From an uncultured Rhizobium sp. (GTDB lineage: Bacteria > Pseudomonadota > Alphaproteobacteria > ATCC43930 > CGMCC-115725), in the NCBI GenBank assembly GCA_964392845.1, contig CAYMRQ010000002.1, positions 1 to 61,495 of the forward strand: a stretch of 61,495 nucleotides of DNA, given 5' to 3'. Of this stretch, positions 1 through 8,614 are shown in pieces. The notes below the pieces were generated by a model. That model searched no databases, had not been told where the DNA came from, and worked only from the letters and a program-made list of their open reading frames with translations. Position 1 is the first letter of the stretch. Every line of letters starts with the position of its first letter. The position numbers were made by a program, and so were the translations under genes.

Positions 1-108
1 GCTATTCTCGAAAAAGTGGCCCGTGGGCGACATGCGTTAGAGTCGGTACACTAGCACAACCCGCGCCGACCCACATCCACGGTCATTGCACGGCCAGGCG
101 GGTGCCGA

Positions 109-260
109 TTTTCCCTGCCAGCAGGGAAAAAATCCGGGGATGCGCGCTTATATCGTTGAAATATCACAATTGTTGGCGAACTGCAGGGAAATGGCGCAGG
201 GAATTTTTACCGCCTCGCAGGGAATTTTTTTGCCCCCGCAGGGAATTAGCAGGGAAATTC
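109..260. repeat. Array of seven copies of the octamer GCAGGGAA (one inverted, six direct), iteron-like or regulator-binding-site-like
   Basis: Palindrome TTTTCCCTGC-CA-GCAGGGAAAA at 109-130. Direct copies start at 183, 196, 217, 238 and 249 (spacings 13, 21, 21, 11 bp), most followed by an A/T run. The stretch is locally AT-richer and non-coding. Confidence 0.8.
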
Positions 261-394
261 GAGGGCATTTGCGAAGCCGCCCGTAAAACTCTAACGCTCC
301 GTATATTTGGTAGCGCGCCGCAAATAAGCCAATGGCGCAATAATCTTGTCGTCCCGGTGCAGGCCCGGACCCACTCGTCAACTATCTCGAATGC

Positions 395-430
395 TGATCA
401 GTGGATCCCGGCCTGCGCCGGGATGACCAC
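395..430. repeat. REP-like element, family A (cccggc-N4-gccggg hairpin, PGLRRDD-type)
   Basis: gatcccggcctgcgccgggatgac. The same core recurs at 10765-10830, 15046-15125 and 18588-18672. Confidence 0.7.
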
Positions 431-685
431 TTATGGGCGCCGCTCGGGCGGCAGGATCTCGGGCGCCAGGATCTCGTCGATCAAATGGGTGCGGCGGATG
501 TCGGCGAGGTGCGCCCGCTTCTCGTCGGCGGTGAGGCGCGTGCCGATGCCCTGCATCATCAGCCGGACCAGCGAGCGGTCGCCGAGGCTCAGCCAATATT
601 CGCGCCGGATCAGCTTGTCCTCGCCGTCGCGTGCGAACGGGTCTTCCTCGAAGCCGTCGAGTGGCGGGCGGTAGAAGCCGGTCAT
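431..685 (-). CDS. Small hypothetical protein (84 aa)
   Basis: Internal ATG at 685 is preceded by a GGAGGTG Shine-Dalgarno. It starts 17 nt downstream of the cyclase stop. Composition is balanced (MTGFYRPPLDGFEEDPFARDGEDKLIRREYW...). The longer 170-aa ORF version overlaps the cyclase gene and is Arg/Cys-rich. Confidence 0.55.
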   Translation of the reverse strand: MTGFYRPPLDGFEEDPFARDGEDKLIRREYWLSLGDRSLVRLMMQGIGTRLTADEKRAHLADIRRTHLIDEILAPEILPPERRP

Positions 686-701
686 CGTATCACCTCCCGT
701 G

Positions 702-2597
702 TCAACTCGTCTCGCCGGCGGCCAGGCGCAGGCCCGACAGCAACAGCTCACGGTCCTCGGGATTGCGCCAAGGAAGTTCGCTCGACACGACCAAAGGGGT
801 GATGGCGCGAAGCCGCGCGACGATCGCGCGCGCTTCGTCGAGCCGCCCCATATGGGCGTAGCACGCGGCGAGAAACCGGTATGGGAGGGGAGAGCCGGGA
901 TTGTCCTGCATGGCCAGGCGAAGCTTCGCCACCGCTTCGTCAAAGCTACGTTTGAAGAAATAGGCCATGCCGATCACGTATAGGGGCTGACCCATGCGCT
1001 CGCGCGGGCTCAGCCGTAGCGCGGTTTCGATATGCTCGATGGCGAGATCGGGTTGGCCGGCCCAGGCCCTGACAACGCCACTCCGAAGCCAGCCGTTGGC
1101 AAAGCTCGGGTTAAGCGCCAGCGCACGGTCAATCAGCCCGATCATGGCACCGATGTCCTCGCCGAAAAGAGCCAGCACAAACGCGGAGTTGGTAAGGATG
1201 CCCGGGTCGTTCTCCGCCACATCGAGCGCCTGCCGGGCAAGATCGATGGCCTTGCGGCGGCTTGTCTCCGGTGCTTCCGCCCAGCCGTCGCTGACCAGCC
1301 GCAGGTGGCAGAACGCCGCCCAGGAGAGGGCAGGCCCGTAGTGCCGATCGATCGCGATCGCCCGTTCGAGCAATTGGAGGGCCTCGAAAACCCGCTCTTT
1401 CGTTATGGGGTAGAAGGCGGCAAGCGCGCGCAGGTAGAGATCGTAGGCGGTAAGGTCGGTCGTTGGCCGCGCCGCGGATCGGCGCATCTCGGCGGCTTGC
1501 AACGCCGGTTCGATCACGCCAGCGACGCTGACCGCGATCTTGTCCTGAAGCTCGAAGACATCATCGAGCGAGCCGTCGAAGCGGTCCGCCCACAGATGCG
1601 TGCCGGTCAAGGCATCGATCAGCTGCCCGGTAATGCGAACGCGATTCCCCGCCTTGCGGACCGATCCTTCCAGCACATAGCGCACGCCGAGTTCACGTCC
1701 GACCTGCTTCACATCGACGGCCTGGCCTTTGTAGGTAAAGGTCGAGTTGCGAGCGATCACGAACAGCCAGCGGATCTGGGAGAGCGCGGTGATGATCTCC
1801 TCGACCATGCCGTCGGCGAAATATTCCTGCTCCGGATCGCCGCTCATGTTCTGGAACGGGAGGACCGCGATCGACGGCTTGTCGGGGAGGGCGAGGGTCG
1901 GTGATTCAGCAGCCCCCACCCTTCCCTCCCCCGCTTGCAGGGGAGGGTAAGTTAGTGAGCCCGCGCGCGGAACTCCCTCCCCCGCAGGCGGGGGAGCCCC
2001 CGGACGGCCGCCCGCTAGGGCGGGCGTTCCGGGGGTGGGGTGGGGGCTTTGCGGGCGAGACGCCCGCGGTCCCACGCGGTAAGCCCGCACCGGGCGCGCG
2101 ATGTTCTTGACCTGCTGCTCGCCCATGTCCTCGAACGCGAAGTCCAGCTTGTCGCGCACCTGGTCACGAACGACGCGGCTGACGCAGATCCCGCCCGGCT
2201 CGGCCAGGGCTTCGAGGCGGGCGGCGATGTTGACGCCATCGCCGTAGATATCGCCCTCGTCGATGATGATGTCGCCGAGATTGATGCCGATCCGGAATTC
2301 GATGCGCTGGTCCGCCGGAACGCCGATGTTGCGCGCGGCCATCTCCCGCTGCACGTCAACCGCGCACCGCACCGCATCGACGACGCTGGCGAATTCGGCG
2401 AGCAGGCCGTCGCCGGTGGTCTTGACGATGCGGCCGCGGTGTTCGCCGATCTTGGGGTCTATGACCTCGCGCCGGTGGCCCTTGAGCGCGGCAAGCGTGC
2501 CTTCCTCGTCAATCCCCATCAGCCGCGAGTAACCGGCAATGTCGGCCGCGAGGATCGCGGTCAGGCGGCGCTCAACCCGTTCCTCAGCCGTCGCCAT
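702..2597 (-). CDS. Class III adenylate/guanylate cyclase fused to a TolB-like N-terminal segment and C-terminal TPR repeats
   Basis: N-terminus RLTAILAADIAGYSRLMG...KTTGDGLLAEF...FRIGINLGDI...GDGVNIAARLE is the cyclase catalytic domain. PSIAVLPFQNMSGDPEQEYFADG follows, then TPR-like helices. The ORF is intact at 631 aa. Confidence 0.9.
   Translation of the reverse strand: MATAEERVERRLTAILAADIAGYSRLMGIDEEGTLAALKGHRREVIDPKIGEHRGRIVKTTGDGLLAEFASVVDAVRCAVDVQREMAARNIGVPADQRIEFRIGINLGDIIIDEGDIYGDGVNIAARLEALAEPGGICVSRVVRDQVRDKLDFAFEDMGEQQVKNIARPVRAYRVGPRASRPQSPHPTPGTPALAGGRPGAPPPAGEGVPRAGSLTYPPLQAGEGRVGAAESPTLALPDKPSIAVLPFQNMSGDPEQEYFADGMVEEIITALSQIRWLFVIARNSTFTYKGQAVDVKQVGRELGVRYVLEGSVRKAGNRVRITGQLIDALTGTHLWADRFDGSLDDVFELQDKIAVSVAGVIEPALQAAEMRRSAARPTTDLTAYDLYLRALAAFYPITKERVFEALQLLERAIAIDRHYGPALSWAAFCHLRLVSDGWAEAPETSRRKAIDLARQALDVAENDPGILTNSAFVLALFGEDIGAMIGLIDRALALNPSFANGWLRSGVVRAWAGQPDLAIEHIETALRLSPRERMGQPLYVIGMAYFFKRSFDEAVAKLRLAMQDNPGSPLPYRFLAACYAHMGRLDEARAIVARLRAITPLVVSSELPWRNPEDRELLLSGLRLAAGETS
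1911..2050. repeat. REP/MITE-like element, family C (ccctcccccgcttgc-ggggaggg), lying in frame inside the cyclase gene
   Basis: Imperfect palindrome from cccccaccc to ggggtggggtggggg with internal tcccccgcttgcaggggaggg and ctcccccgcaggcggggga. Related copies at 3050-3100 and 13962-14092 are intergenic. Confidence 0.8.
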
Positions 2598-2820
2598 CGC
2601 CCGATCCCCGCCTCCGATCCGCGCATCGAGAAGGCGCCCATCTTACCGCTTCGTCGAGGCGCGTCCCTCACCAATGTCGATGCGCTGATTACCGCCGGGC
2701 CTGTTCTCGCGCAATTGTCCCAACCCGAGGGCCGGGCAGAATTTGACATAGATTAATTCCCGCTATGAGAGATTCTGACATACTAACACCCGTAATAATG
2801 GTTTTCAGCGGAGAGACCGG

Positions 2821-3027
2821 ATGCGCGGCCTACGCTTCTTACGGTCGCCGGCCCACCATTGCAGCACGGCGACGGCACTCGAGTATGCTCTGATCGCGGC
2901 GCTGATCGCCGTGCCGATCATGGCGGCAACGACCTCGGTCGGGAGGGAACTGGCCGGCCTCTTGCACAATTTCGGCGCTTATCTGGCGGGTGTCCCTTTG
3001 GTGGAACCCGATCCGCCTTTGCCCTGA
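2821..3027 (+). CDS. Flp/Fap family type IVb pilin-like protein (orphan)
   Basis: The 68-aa product carries the Flp motif TATALEYALIAALIAVPIMAA after a short basic leader. Confidence 0.7.
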   Translation: MRGLRFLRSPAHHCSTATALEYALIAALIAVPIMAATTSVGRELAGLLHNFGAYLAGVPLVEPDPPLP

Positions 3028-3049
3028 TCCCGCTGCGGCGCAACCCCGA

Positions 3050-3100
3050 ATCCCCCTCCCTTCCCTCCCCCGCTTGGCGGAAGGAGGGAAGGGAGGGGGC
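3050..3100. repeat. REP-like element, family C
   Basis: tccccctcccttccctcccccgcttggcggaaggagggaagggaggggg hairpin just after the flp-like stop. Confidence 0.75.
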
Positions 3101-3141
3101 GGATCGCGGGTGACGCGCGGCGCGATTTCGCGCAGGTTGCG

Positions 3142-4422
3142 ATGATGAGCGACCCGCCCGCGATAGCCACCCGGCCGGCCATCCCCCCGGCCTGGCTGAT
3201 GCTCGGCGGCGCCTTTACCGCGTTCACGGTCAGCGCCGCGCTGATGCACTCCTACGCGGTCTACCTCGTCGCCTTTATCGAGGAGTTCGGCTGGGGCCGG
3301 GCCGAGACCTCGCTCGCCTATTCGGTCTCGCAGCTGGTTGCCGGGCTGAGTTCGCCCTTTGTCGGGGCGCTGGTCGACCGGCTCGGGCCGCGCCGGCTGT
3401 TGCTGCTCGGCGGCGGATTGCTGGTCGTCGGGCTGGCCGCCAGCGCCTATGTGACGGCGCTGTGGCAGATCATCGCGCTCTATGGGGTGGTGATGACGGT
3501 CGGGGCCAATTGCCTCGGGCTGGTGGTGTTCGTGCCGCTCCTGTCGCGCCATTTCGTGCGCCGGCGCGGCATGGCGATCGCGATCCTCCAGTCGGCCAAC
3601 GGCTTCGGCCGGGCCGTCTCGGCGCCGCTGGTACAGCTGACGATTTCGGGGATCGGCTGGCGCACCACCTATCTCGTTCAGGCCGTCTTGATGGCCGCGG
3701 TCGTGCTGCCGCTGGCGGCATTGTTCCGCCGCGCCGACCGGGTTGCCTCCGCAATCACCGACGGCACGGTGCCGGAAGGCGATTTCTCCGCACTCCCGGC
3801 CGCACCGCCGCGCCCGGGTTGGACCCTCACCGAGGCCATGTGCACGCCGCATTTCTGGCTGTTGTTCGCGGTCTACCTGTTCACCGGCCTCGGCAGCTAC
3901 TTCGTCTCGCTACACCAGTTCGCCTTCGCGATCGATATCGGCTTCGACCGGATCTATGCCGCCTGGGTCTTGGGGATGGGGGCGCTCCTCGCGGTATTCG
4001 GCACGATCGTCACCGGCACCTTGTCGGATTATGTCGGCCGCGAGATCTCGGCGATCCTCGCCTACGGGTTTTCGATCGTCGGGGTGATCTGCGCGCTCTT
4101 GATCACCAGCCCCGACCAGCATTTGCTGTTATGGGTGCACGCCTGCTTTTTCGGGCTGACCTGGGGGGCACGCGCCCCGATGATCACGGCGAAGACCGCC
4201 GACCTTTTTCCCGGCACCCAGCTCGGGGCGATCCTCGGCGTCGTCACGATCGGCAGCGGTCTCGGTAACGCGCTCGGCTCGTGGGGCGCCGGCTGGATCT
4301 TCGATGTGACGGGCAGCTACCGGGTCGCGTTCAGCCTGTCGATCGCATCCTATTTGTGCGGCATCGTTGCGTTCTGGGCCTTGCGCCGGCCGCCGGTGCG
4401 GCAGTCCAGGCGGCCAAGCTAG
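3142..4422 (+). CDS. MFS transporter
   Basis: 426 aa with about 12 hydrophobic segments in two halves separated by a cytoplasmic loop. The G-x-L-V-D-R-L-G-P-R-R motif lies after TM2. Confidence 0.85.
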   Translation: MMSDPPAIATRPAIPPAWLMLGGAFTAFTVSAALMHSYAVYLVAFIEEFGWGRAETSLAYSVSQLVAGLSSPFVGALVDRLGPRRLLLLGGGLLVVGLAASAYVTALWQIIALYGVVMTVGANCLGLVVFVPLLSRHFVRRRGMAIAILQSANGFGRAVSAPLVQLTISGIGWRTTYLVQAVLMAAVVLPLAALFRRADRVASAITDGTVPEGDFSALPAAPPRPGWTLTEAMCTPHFWLLFAVYLFTGLGSYFVSLHQFAFAIDIGFDRIYAAWVLGMGALLAVFGTIVTGTLSDYVGREISAILAYGFSIVGVICALLITSPDQHLLLWVHACFFGLTWGARAPMITAKTADLFPGTQLGAILGVVTIGSGLGNALGSWGAGWIFDVTGSYRVAFSLSIASYLCGIVAFWALRRPPVRQSRRPS

Positions 4423-5249
4423 CCCGGCTTTCTGACCAGCGCCTCGATGACCGCGCAGCGGCCTTCCTCGGTGTTGCGCAGCGAATTGATCTGCATCTCG
4501 CGGCTGCGCTCGCCGAGGATGATATCGGCCGCGACGCGCGGCAGTTCACCCTTTTCCAGCCGCTCGCGGTTGCGCCGTTGACCCTCGCGAATCGCCGCGG
4601 TGGTGTCGCGGAAATCGGCAATCTCGAAGCCGGCGGCGACGAGGTCGGCGCGCATTTCTCGCGCGGTCGCGAGAAAGCTCGTCTCGCGCGTCGTGGCCCA
4701 CGGCACCGGGTAATAGGGTTCGCCCGCCGCCCCGGCGCACAAATTCGACAGCGCCAGCCTGCCGCCCGGCCGCAAGGCGCGGAATGCCTCGCGATAGAAC
4801 AAAGTTTTCTCGGCGATGTTCATGATGACGTTCTGCGAATAGGCCGCATCGAAGGCGCCGTCGGGCACCGGCAGGGCGAGCGCGCTGCCGCGGATGATCG
4901 TGACCTGATCCTTCATCCCGGTCGCCGCGTTCAATGCCTCGGCGGCCTCGCAGAATTCGGGCGTCAGATCAACGCCGGTGACATGAACGCCGAATTTGGC
5001 GGCGATCCAGCGCGCCGGGCCGCCGATGCCGGAGCCGATGTCGAGCAGGCGCTCGCCCGCCTGCGGCTGAAGCAAGGCGACGAGCTCGCGGGTCGCCACC
5101 GGGCCGCGGCCGTGGAACTGGTCGAGCGGCGCCAGAGCGTCGACGGTGACCCGAGCCTCCGCGCCCTGCGCCTCGCGCAGCGCGGCAAGCACCCGCGCCG
5201 CGATGCCGGCATTGCCGTAATGCCGCGCGACCTCTTCTTCGATGCCCAT
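4419..5249 (-). CDS. Class I SAM-dependent methyltransferase
   Basis: Motif I LLDIGSGIGGPARW plus the downstream fold pattern. Start chosen at MGIEEEV (ATG 5249), which has an AAGGGAG RBS. Confidence 0.85.
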   Translation of the reverse strand: MGIEEEVARHYGNAGIAARVLAALREAQGAEARVTVDALAPLDQFHGRGPVATRELVALLQPQAGERLLDIGSGIGGPARWIAAKFGVHVTGVDLTPEFCEAAEALNAATGMKDQVTIIRGSALALPVPDGAFDAAYSQNVIMNIAEKTLFYREAFRALRPGGRLALSNLCAGAAGEPYYPVPWATTRETSFLATAREMRADLVAAGFEIADFRDTTAAIREGQRRNRERLEKGELPRVAADIILGERSREMQINSLRNTEEGRCAVIEALVRKPG

Positions 5250-5330
5250 CTCGCATGCTCCCTTGGAATCCGGCGTCACCAATGCTAACCGGAGGGCGGA
5301 ACCGAGTGAACCCTATCGGGGAGAGCGGTC

Positions 5331-5744
5331 ATGGCGTTAGAGATCGAGCGCAAACAGCCCGCGGGTATGAATGTCAGGATGCAGCAGGGCAAACCTGCCT
5401 ATTCGCACGTCGTCACCGTCAACGGTCCGGGCAAGACGATTTATGTCGCCGGCCAGCTGGCGCGCGACGTTAACGGCAATCTCGTCGGCAAGGGCGACAT
5501 GCGGGCGCAGATGGAGCAGACCTTCAAGAACCTCGATGCCTGCCTGAAGGCCGCCGGCGCGAACTGGGCCGACGTCGTTAAGAGCAACACCTATGTCACC
5601 GATTACCCGGAATTCTCGAAGAATTCCGACGTGCGGATGCGCTATTTCGGGGTCGCCTCGCCGACCAGCACGACCGTGCAGATCAGCCGGCTGGCCGATC
5701 CCGATGCGATGGTCGAGATCGAGATGATCGCCGTCGTCGGATAG
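5331..5744 (+). CDS. RidA/YjgF/Endoribonuclease L-PSP family protein
   Basis: 137 aa. TIYVAGQLARD...NLDACLKAAGANWADVVKSNTYV...VEIEMIAV is the typical RidA pattern. Confidence 0.85.
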   Translation: MALEIERKQPAGMNVRMQQGKPAYSHVVTVNGPGKTIYVAGQLARDVNGNLVGKGDMRAQMEQTFKNLDACLKAAGANWADVVKSNTYVTDYPEFSKNSDVRMRYFGVASPTSTTVQISRLADPDAMVEIEMIAVVG

Positions 5745-5757
5745 CTCGGTCGGGCTT

Positions 5758-5805
5758 GGACCGCGGGCGTTCCCGGCCGCCTGCGGGCCGGAAGGCCCGC
5801 GGTCC
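5758..5805. terminator. GC-rich hairpin between convergent genes (putative bidirectional terminator)
   Basis: ggaccgcgggc ... gcccgcggtcc with an inner cccggcc/ggccggg stem. It sits between the stops at 5744 (+) and 5807 (-). Confidence 0.55.
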
Positions 5806-5806
5806 G

Positions 5807-6511
5807 TCAGCGGATCGGCTCGTAGAGCCGCTCGTCGTACAGCGCGCCCGACATCGGCGTGAGTTTGCGCCGGAACTCGCGGGTCGGCTCGGCCATGACG
5901 TGCCCGTCATGTGCTTTGCGGTCGCGCCACGCCTCGACCACGGTGAAGTGGTTCGGCCGGCTGTCCTGCTGCAAGATGTCGAAGCGCAGGACCCCGGCAT
6001 CCTTGCGGGCATCTTCGGTCAGCCGCTTGAGCAGCACGATGCATTCGTCCTTCGACGGCGGCGGCACATCGACATGGGTCAGCACATAGACAGAATTGGC
6101 CATCGCGGCGTCGACCCCAGCAAGCGCCGTGGCGACCGCGAGCCCCAAGCTCGGCCGCACGTCAAACGGCGCGGCCAATTGCGCCTTTAATTGGTCTTGC
6201 AGCGCTGTCGACGCGCCGGCATGGGCGTCGAGCGCCTTCTTGTCGCGCCACCCCTCGACAAACGCAAAGCGGCCCGAGCGGCCCGTCTCGCGCAGCGCGA
6301 CAAAGCCGAGATTGCCATCTTCTTTGCGAGTGGCCGCAGCGAAAAGCTTGAGCGTTCCGGCGACCGCATTGGCCGAGGCGGAACCAGCTTCGAAATACGT
6401 CACGGCGTAGACCGGTGCGTTCGCGGCAGCGGGCGGTGGCGCCTGTGCCCAGGCGGGCAAAGCCGTAAACCCCAGGAGAATCGTCGAAAGAAACCGCCAG
6501 CTGATCGCCAT
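5807..6511 (-). CDS. Secreted tandem ABM (antibiotic biosynthesis monooxygenase-like) domain protein
   Basis: Signal peptide MAISWRFLSTILLGFTALPAWAQA. Two ABM-like repeats follow (VYAVTYFEA...AFVEGWRDKKALDAH and VYVLTHVDV...FTVVEAWRDRKAHDGH). Confidence 0.75.
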   Translation of the reverse strand: MAISWRFLSTILLGFTALPAWAQAPPPAAANAPVYAVTYFEAGSASANAVAGTLKLFAAATRKEDGNLGFVALRETGRSGRFAFVEGWRDKKALDAHAGASTALQDQLKAQLAAPFDVRPSLGLAVATALAGVDAAMANSVYVLTHVDVPPPSKDECIVLLKRLTEDARKDAGVLRFDILQQDSRPNHFTVVEAWRDRKAHDGHVMAEPTREFRRKLTPMSGALYDERLYEPIR

Positions 6512-6604
6512 CCTGTGCCGCCCCTCAATTTTGGGGCTGCCGACACAGCCCCGCCGAGCCAATCAATCTTCCGCCGAGCGCCGGCGCAACACCCGGGTCA
6601 CCGG

Positions 6605-7636
6605 CTATTTGAAGTGCGGCATCACCCTTTCGCACAGCAGCTGCAGCGAGCGCATCATCATCTCGGCCGGGATCGCGGCGCCGAAATTGAGCTCGAACAG
6701 GATGCCGTCGATGCCCAGCTCCTCTTCCAATTGCTTGAGCCGGTCGGTCACCCGATCGGGTCCGCCGACGACGACCTTGTCGCGCAGCACCTGTTCATAG
6801 CTGATCGTGCGGATCTCTTCCAATTCGGCGCGGCGGCGCACATTGGGCGACCCTTCGAGCCGGGTGGTCAGCGATCGGTAGCCGGCCATGATGCTCGGCT
6901 CGCCCTCCTCGAGGGCGCGCTTGTCGTCGTCGCCGACATGCATCGAGAGGCGGAGATAGACCTGGCCGCGGCCGGGGTGCCCCGCCGCCGTATAGGCCGC
7001 GCGATAGGCTTTCAGATCCGGGGCGAGCCCGGACAGCGAGGCGCTGCGAACCGAGACGAACAGCGGATAGCCGAGCGTGCCGAGCGTCGGAAAGGTGTCC
7101 TCGCTCGCGCCGGCGATGCGGATCGGCGGGTGCGGCTTTTGATAAGGCCGCGGCACCGCGCGCGCCTCGTTGAAGCTGTGATACTTCCCTTCGTAGGAAA
7201 AAGTATCCTCGGTCCAGGCGCGCTTCAAAATCTCGAGGGCCTCGAAAAACCGCTCGCGGCTTTCCTCGTAGGGAACGCCGTAGGCCCGGTACGAGCGCGG
7301 ATTGCCGCTGCGCCCGGCGCCGAGAATGAAGCGGCCGCGGCTCACGACATCGACCGTCGCGGTCTCCTCGGCCAGACGTAGCGGATGGGTCAACGGCAGC
7401 ACATGCACCGCGGTGCCGATCTTGATGCGCCTGGTGCGCGCGGCGATCTGGCCGGCGACATTCATCGGCGCCGACAATACCGAGCGGCGCGCCTGCTGGT
7501 GGATTTCCGCCAGCCAGAAAACGTCGAGCCCCCAGCGGTCGGCGGCCTCGACCTGCTGAAAGCCCTGCTCGAACGCGTCGGCGTCGCTTTGGCCTTCCAC
7601 CTGGCGATGAAACTCATGATACCAGCCGAATTCCAT
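6605..7636 (-). CDS. LLM-class (luciferase-like) flavin-dependent oxidoreductase
   Basis: MEFGWYHEFH...WGLDVFWLAEIH...IKIGTAVHVLPLTHPLRLAEE is the LLM signature. Start set at ATG 7636, as in the paralogs. Confidence 0.85.
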   Translation of the reverse strand: MEFGWYHEFHRQVEGQSDADAFEQGFQQVEAADRWGLDVFWLAEIHQQARRSVLSAPMNVAGQIAARTRRIKIGTAVHVLPLTHPLRLAEETATVDVVSRGRFILGAGRSGNPRSYRAYGVPYEESRERFFEALEILKRAWTEDTFSYEGKYHSFNEARAVPRPYQKPHPPIRIAGASEDTFPTLGTLGYPLFVSVRSASLSGLAPDLKAYRAAYTAAGHPGRGQVYLRLSMHVGDDDKRALEEGEPSIMAGYRSLTTRLEGSPNVRRRAELEEIRTISYEQVLRDKVVVGGPDRVTDRLKQLEEELGIDGILFELNFGAAIPAEMMMRSLQLLCERVMPHFK

Positions 7637-7818
7637 GGCGGCTCCCTCGACGCTCGACTCTGAACCCGTTCGCCACCCTAGGCCGGCCGCCGGCATCGCG
7701 CAAATACCGATGTTCGAGCCGCTCCATAAGGGATCGGCATGATTGAAGCTGTTTGGTGTAAGATCGGCGCCCGCGCTCAGCCCCCGCTGCGGCTCCGTAC
7801 CGCGGCGCAGGCGGGTGT

Positions 7819-8277
7819 TTAATCGGTATCGAAATCGGTCTCGATCGTCGCGGGAAGACGGGCAAAAACATCGCGCGCGAAAGCGGGTATCTCAGGAGAG
7901 TGCGAACCCGCGCTGCCGTACCAGAAGCAGCTCACATCGGCTTCCGCACCGTCGCGGGCCATCAAGTCGCGTAGGGCAGCGATATGGTCGGCCCGCCCTT
8001 CCGGGCAGACGACGGCGATAAGATGTCGAAAATGATCAGCAAGCTCGTTGCTGTGAACGCAGCGCCGGGTACTCAAATACCAGACGCCGGTGCGGCCCCG
8101 TACCTCGTGTCCGCGGCTACGCCGATAGACCTCTCCTTTGCGATAGGCTGTGGTCGGCTCCACGCCGAGAATGGCCGTAATCCGGTCGGGCTCCAGCCGA
8201 TCGCCTGAAAACCGCAACGTCGCAAAGACGCTGAGGGTCTCAGTCCGCTCGACTGTCTTCGTAGATATCTCCGACAT
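7819..8277 (-). CDS. DUF4279-like protein
   Basis: 152 aa from ATG 8277. LSVFATLRFSGDRLEPDRITAILGVEPT...GVWYLST...ADVSCFW matches the DUF4279 pattern as I recall it. Confidence 0.6.
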   Translation of the reverse strand: MSEISTKTVERTETLSVFATLRFSGDRLEPDRITAILGVEPTTAYRKGEVYRRSRGHEVRGRTGVWYLSTRRCVHSNELADHFRHLIAVVCPEGRADHIAALRDLMARDGAEADVSCFWYGSAGSHSPEIPAFARDVFARLPATIETDFDTD

Positions 8278-8503
8278 GCTCGCCGTTCGCGTCCACCACC
8301 ATTCCGCCATCGTAGATGGTAACACGGTCGTTGGCACCAAGTTTGCTGCGGTGCTTGATCTCATGAAGCGCCTCCCGCAGGCGCCAACGCGGGATGCCCA
8401 GCCTCGCTGCGACCGCATTTGTCGGGTTTTTAGAGCCGCTCCAGATAATCCGAGATCGTGCTCTCATGCGAAAACAGATAATGCATGGACGGCGGGTACG
8501 CAT
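8240..8503 (-). CDS. Small ORF, possibly the orphaned C-terminal fragment of a larger (toxin-like?) protein
   Basis: It overlaps the DUF4279 start by 38 nt. The C-terminal part is plausible (RLREALHEIKHRSKLGANDRVTIYDGGMVVDANGEHVGDIYED) but the N-terminal third is Arg/Cys-rich with no good RBS. Confidence 0.3.
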   Translation of the reverse strand: MRTRRPCIICFRMRARSRIIWSGSKNPTNAVAARLGIPRWRLREALHEIKHRSKLGANDRVTIYDGGMVVDANGEHVGDIYEDSRAD

Positions 8504-8614
8504 CGCTTTGTTGTCAACAACGGAACGCTGCTGTGAAAGCGATAAGAAACCGGTATTTTGAACATCGCCGCCGAGCAGCTAATCTGGCCGCAGGCAGGTT
8601 GGGAGCACGGAACC

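Noticed and set aside
109-260. Possibility that the GCAGGGAA repeats are a CRISPR array
   Set aside because: The repeat unit is only 8-13 bp, the spacings are 11-21 bp and irregular at the ends, one copy is inverted, and no cas genes are nearby. This is inconsistent with CRISPR. It was kept as a regulatory or iteron-like repeat instead.
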